A stretch of DNA of 64,000 bases from Octopus sinensis (lineage: Eukaryota). Each line of letters begins with the position of its first letter. The first letter of the stretch is position 1. The notes under the pieces were generated by a model, which was not told the DNA's origin, made no database searches, and saw nothing but the letters and a program-made list of their open reading frames with translations. Made by a program: the position numbers and the translations under genes. The DNA lies in NCBI RefSeq assembly GCF_006345805.1, contig NC_042998.1, forward strand, positions 206,522,001 through 206,586,000. Reading direction: 5' to 3'. Positions 61,821 through 64,000 of this stretch are shown here, one piece after another.

Positions 61821-62539
61821 CCCTGATAATAATAATAATCCTCTTTACTATAGGTATAAGGCCTGAAATTTGGGGGTAGGGATTAAGTCAATTACATCGA
61901 CCCCAGTACACAACTAGTGATTATTTCATCAACCCCGAAAGGGCGAAAGGCAAAGTCAGCCTCAACAGAATTTGAACTCAGAATGTAGAGAGCCAAATGA
62001 ACTGCTACTAAGCAGAACGCAGTGGTTGATGGTGGTGGTAGGGGTAATAGCCTTGGCTATAGTTGTGGTAGAAGTAGAAGTGGTATCGGCTGTGGTGACA
62101 ATATTGGCTGTGGTGGTGGTGATAGAAGTAGTACTGGTAGTAGTAGTAGTGGTGGTATGAGTAGCAGTGGCTGTGGTGGTGGTAGTAGTGAAAGAGGGAG
62201 TAGTGTTGGTTGTAGTAGTTGAGGGGGCAGTGGTAGGAAACCCAGGGAGAATCAATAACGGTGATGGTGGTGGTGGTGGTTAGTCTTATTCCGTTCTGAG
62301 TTCAAATCCTGGCAAGGTAAAGCTTCTTCCTTTTAGCATTTCGCTGTTGTTAAATACAGTACCAGTTATTATTCAGGGGTTGATACATCAGTCCTGCAAT
62401 ACAGCTACCTAGATATGAACGGGATTATAACAGGAGAGAAGAGCATAGGATTCCAGATGTGACCATTCCATCTGGTTTTGTTTTGTTCAGGCTTAACATA
62501 TCTTTGTCAACACATACACTGGTGACTTTAAAAAAAAAG

Positions 62540-62695
62540 GACACATTAGATAATGTAGTCCTAGATACACTGTGCCAGAAAGACACATTCGATTATGTAG
62601 TCCTAGATACACTGTGCCTGAATGACACATACAGTAATGTAGTCCTAGATACACTGTGCCAGAAAGACACATTCAATAATGTACTCCTAGATACA
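62540..62695 (+). repeat. 42-bp tandem repeat, about 3.7 units
   Basis: GACACATTAGATAATGTAGTCCTAGATACACTGTGCCAGAAA variants start at 62540, 62582, 62624 and 62666. Confidence 0.9.
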
Positions 62696-63084
62696 ATCGC
62701 ATCTGGAAAAACGAGACAGGATGGTCACGGTTGGAACGCTATAGTATAAGCCAGGTCGGACTCGATCGAGCTGACCAACCCCGACTATCTTAGCCTTTTA
62801 GTAACAGTCCAGCGGGGACTACATTATCCAATGTGCTCTTCCAGGACGAAAGGTGTGGTTCGAGGGAGATTTTAGCTGTTATTTCTAGCAGAGGTTCCAG
62901 TGCTCTGACATTTGGTGGTGGTGGTGGTGGTGTTGGGAGTGGTGTCGGTTGCTGTTGTCAATATTTGATGCCGTTTGTTTGCTTGCTTGTAGCAGCAGCA
63001 GCAGCCGCAGTAGCAGTAGTAGTAATTTTGTTTATGCTAGTAATATTGGTAATGATATGAAGAGTTAGGGAATTATTGTTGGAG

Positions 63085-63478
63085 ACGTCGGCTGTGTGGT
63101 AAGTAGCTTGCTTACCAACCACATGGTTCCGGGTTCAGTCCCACTGCGTAGCACCTTGGGCAAGTGTCTTCTGCTATAGCCTCGGGCCGACCAAAGCCTT
63201 GTGAGTGGATTTGGTTGACGGAAACTGAAAGAAGCCAGTCGGGCGTGTGATTGCCACCCCCACCCCACACTACCACGGCTTGACAACTGATGTTGGTGTG
63301 TTTACGTCCCTGTAACTTAGCGGTTCGGCAAAACGAACCGATAGAATAATACCAGGCTTTACAAATAATAATAATAATAAATAAATAAATACTGGGATTG
63401 ATTCCTTCGACACATAATTCTCTAAGGCAGTGCCCCAGCATGGCCACAATTTAATGACTGAAACAAGTAAAAGATCAA
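63085..63478 (+). mobile_element. SINE family A, full length
   Basis: GGCTGTGTGGTAAGTAGCTTGC...TGACTGAAACAAGTAAAAGA. Confidence 0.9.
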
Positions 63479-63714
63479 AGACGTGTGTGTGTGCTTTCGA
63501 GGTATTCCATTTGCCGTTTCCTCTCAACATGATAATACAAGTGTTTACCAGACATAGTATTATTATTATTATTAAAGAGGAAGCAGTGGCCTGTATGGCT
63601 TTCCTAAGGGATGGATATCACAACTGCCAAGTGTTATGAGATCAGTATTTGAGAGAAACGAGACCGGATTGGTGGTTGAGTATACCGAGAAGAACCGAAG
63701 ACTTCACAAATAGA

Positions 63715-64000
63715 TACACATACATATATACACATATGTACATACAAACATATATATACATATATACACACACACATATATATATATACACACACACACA
63801 TATATATATACACATACACATATATATACACATACACACATATATATACACATACACACACACATATTTATATATACATATATATATACATACACATATA
63901 TATACATACACACATATATATATACATACATACACACATATATACATACACACATATATACATACATTTATATACACATCCATACATATATATACCTACA
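63715..64000. repeat. (TA)/(CA) compound microsatellite
   Basis: Direct reading. Confidence 0.95.

Overview
Repeat-dense, AT-rich animal genomic DNA with no confidently identifiable host gene. The repeat repertoire suggests a coleoid cephalopod, most likely Octopus (inference from family resemblance, not from a search). It contains several tRNA-derived SINE families (labelled A, B, D, G here), two unclassified short retroposon-like families (C, E), fragments of CR1/L2-, RTE- and RLE-type LINEs, a degenerate Penelope-like element (PLE), mariner, Tigger, piggyBac, hAT and Helitron remnants, many microsatellites and a 100-N gap. An initiator-tRNA-Met pseudogene and a 28S rRNA fragment are also present. 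The most notable signal is a set of hammerhead-ribozyme (HHR) bearing, PLE-associated elements. One family joins a tRNA-like Pol III head to an HHR tail and occurs three times as a head-to-head fold-back flanked by target-site duplications (TSDs), making it a candidate Penelope-dependent SINE. Other items of interest are a strongly diverged 34-35 bp array built from a SINE segment, a pre-miRNA-like hairpin, and a 78-bp minisatellite with open frames. All calls come from reading by eye; coordinates of degenerate repeats are approximate.
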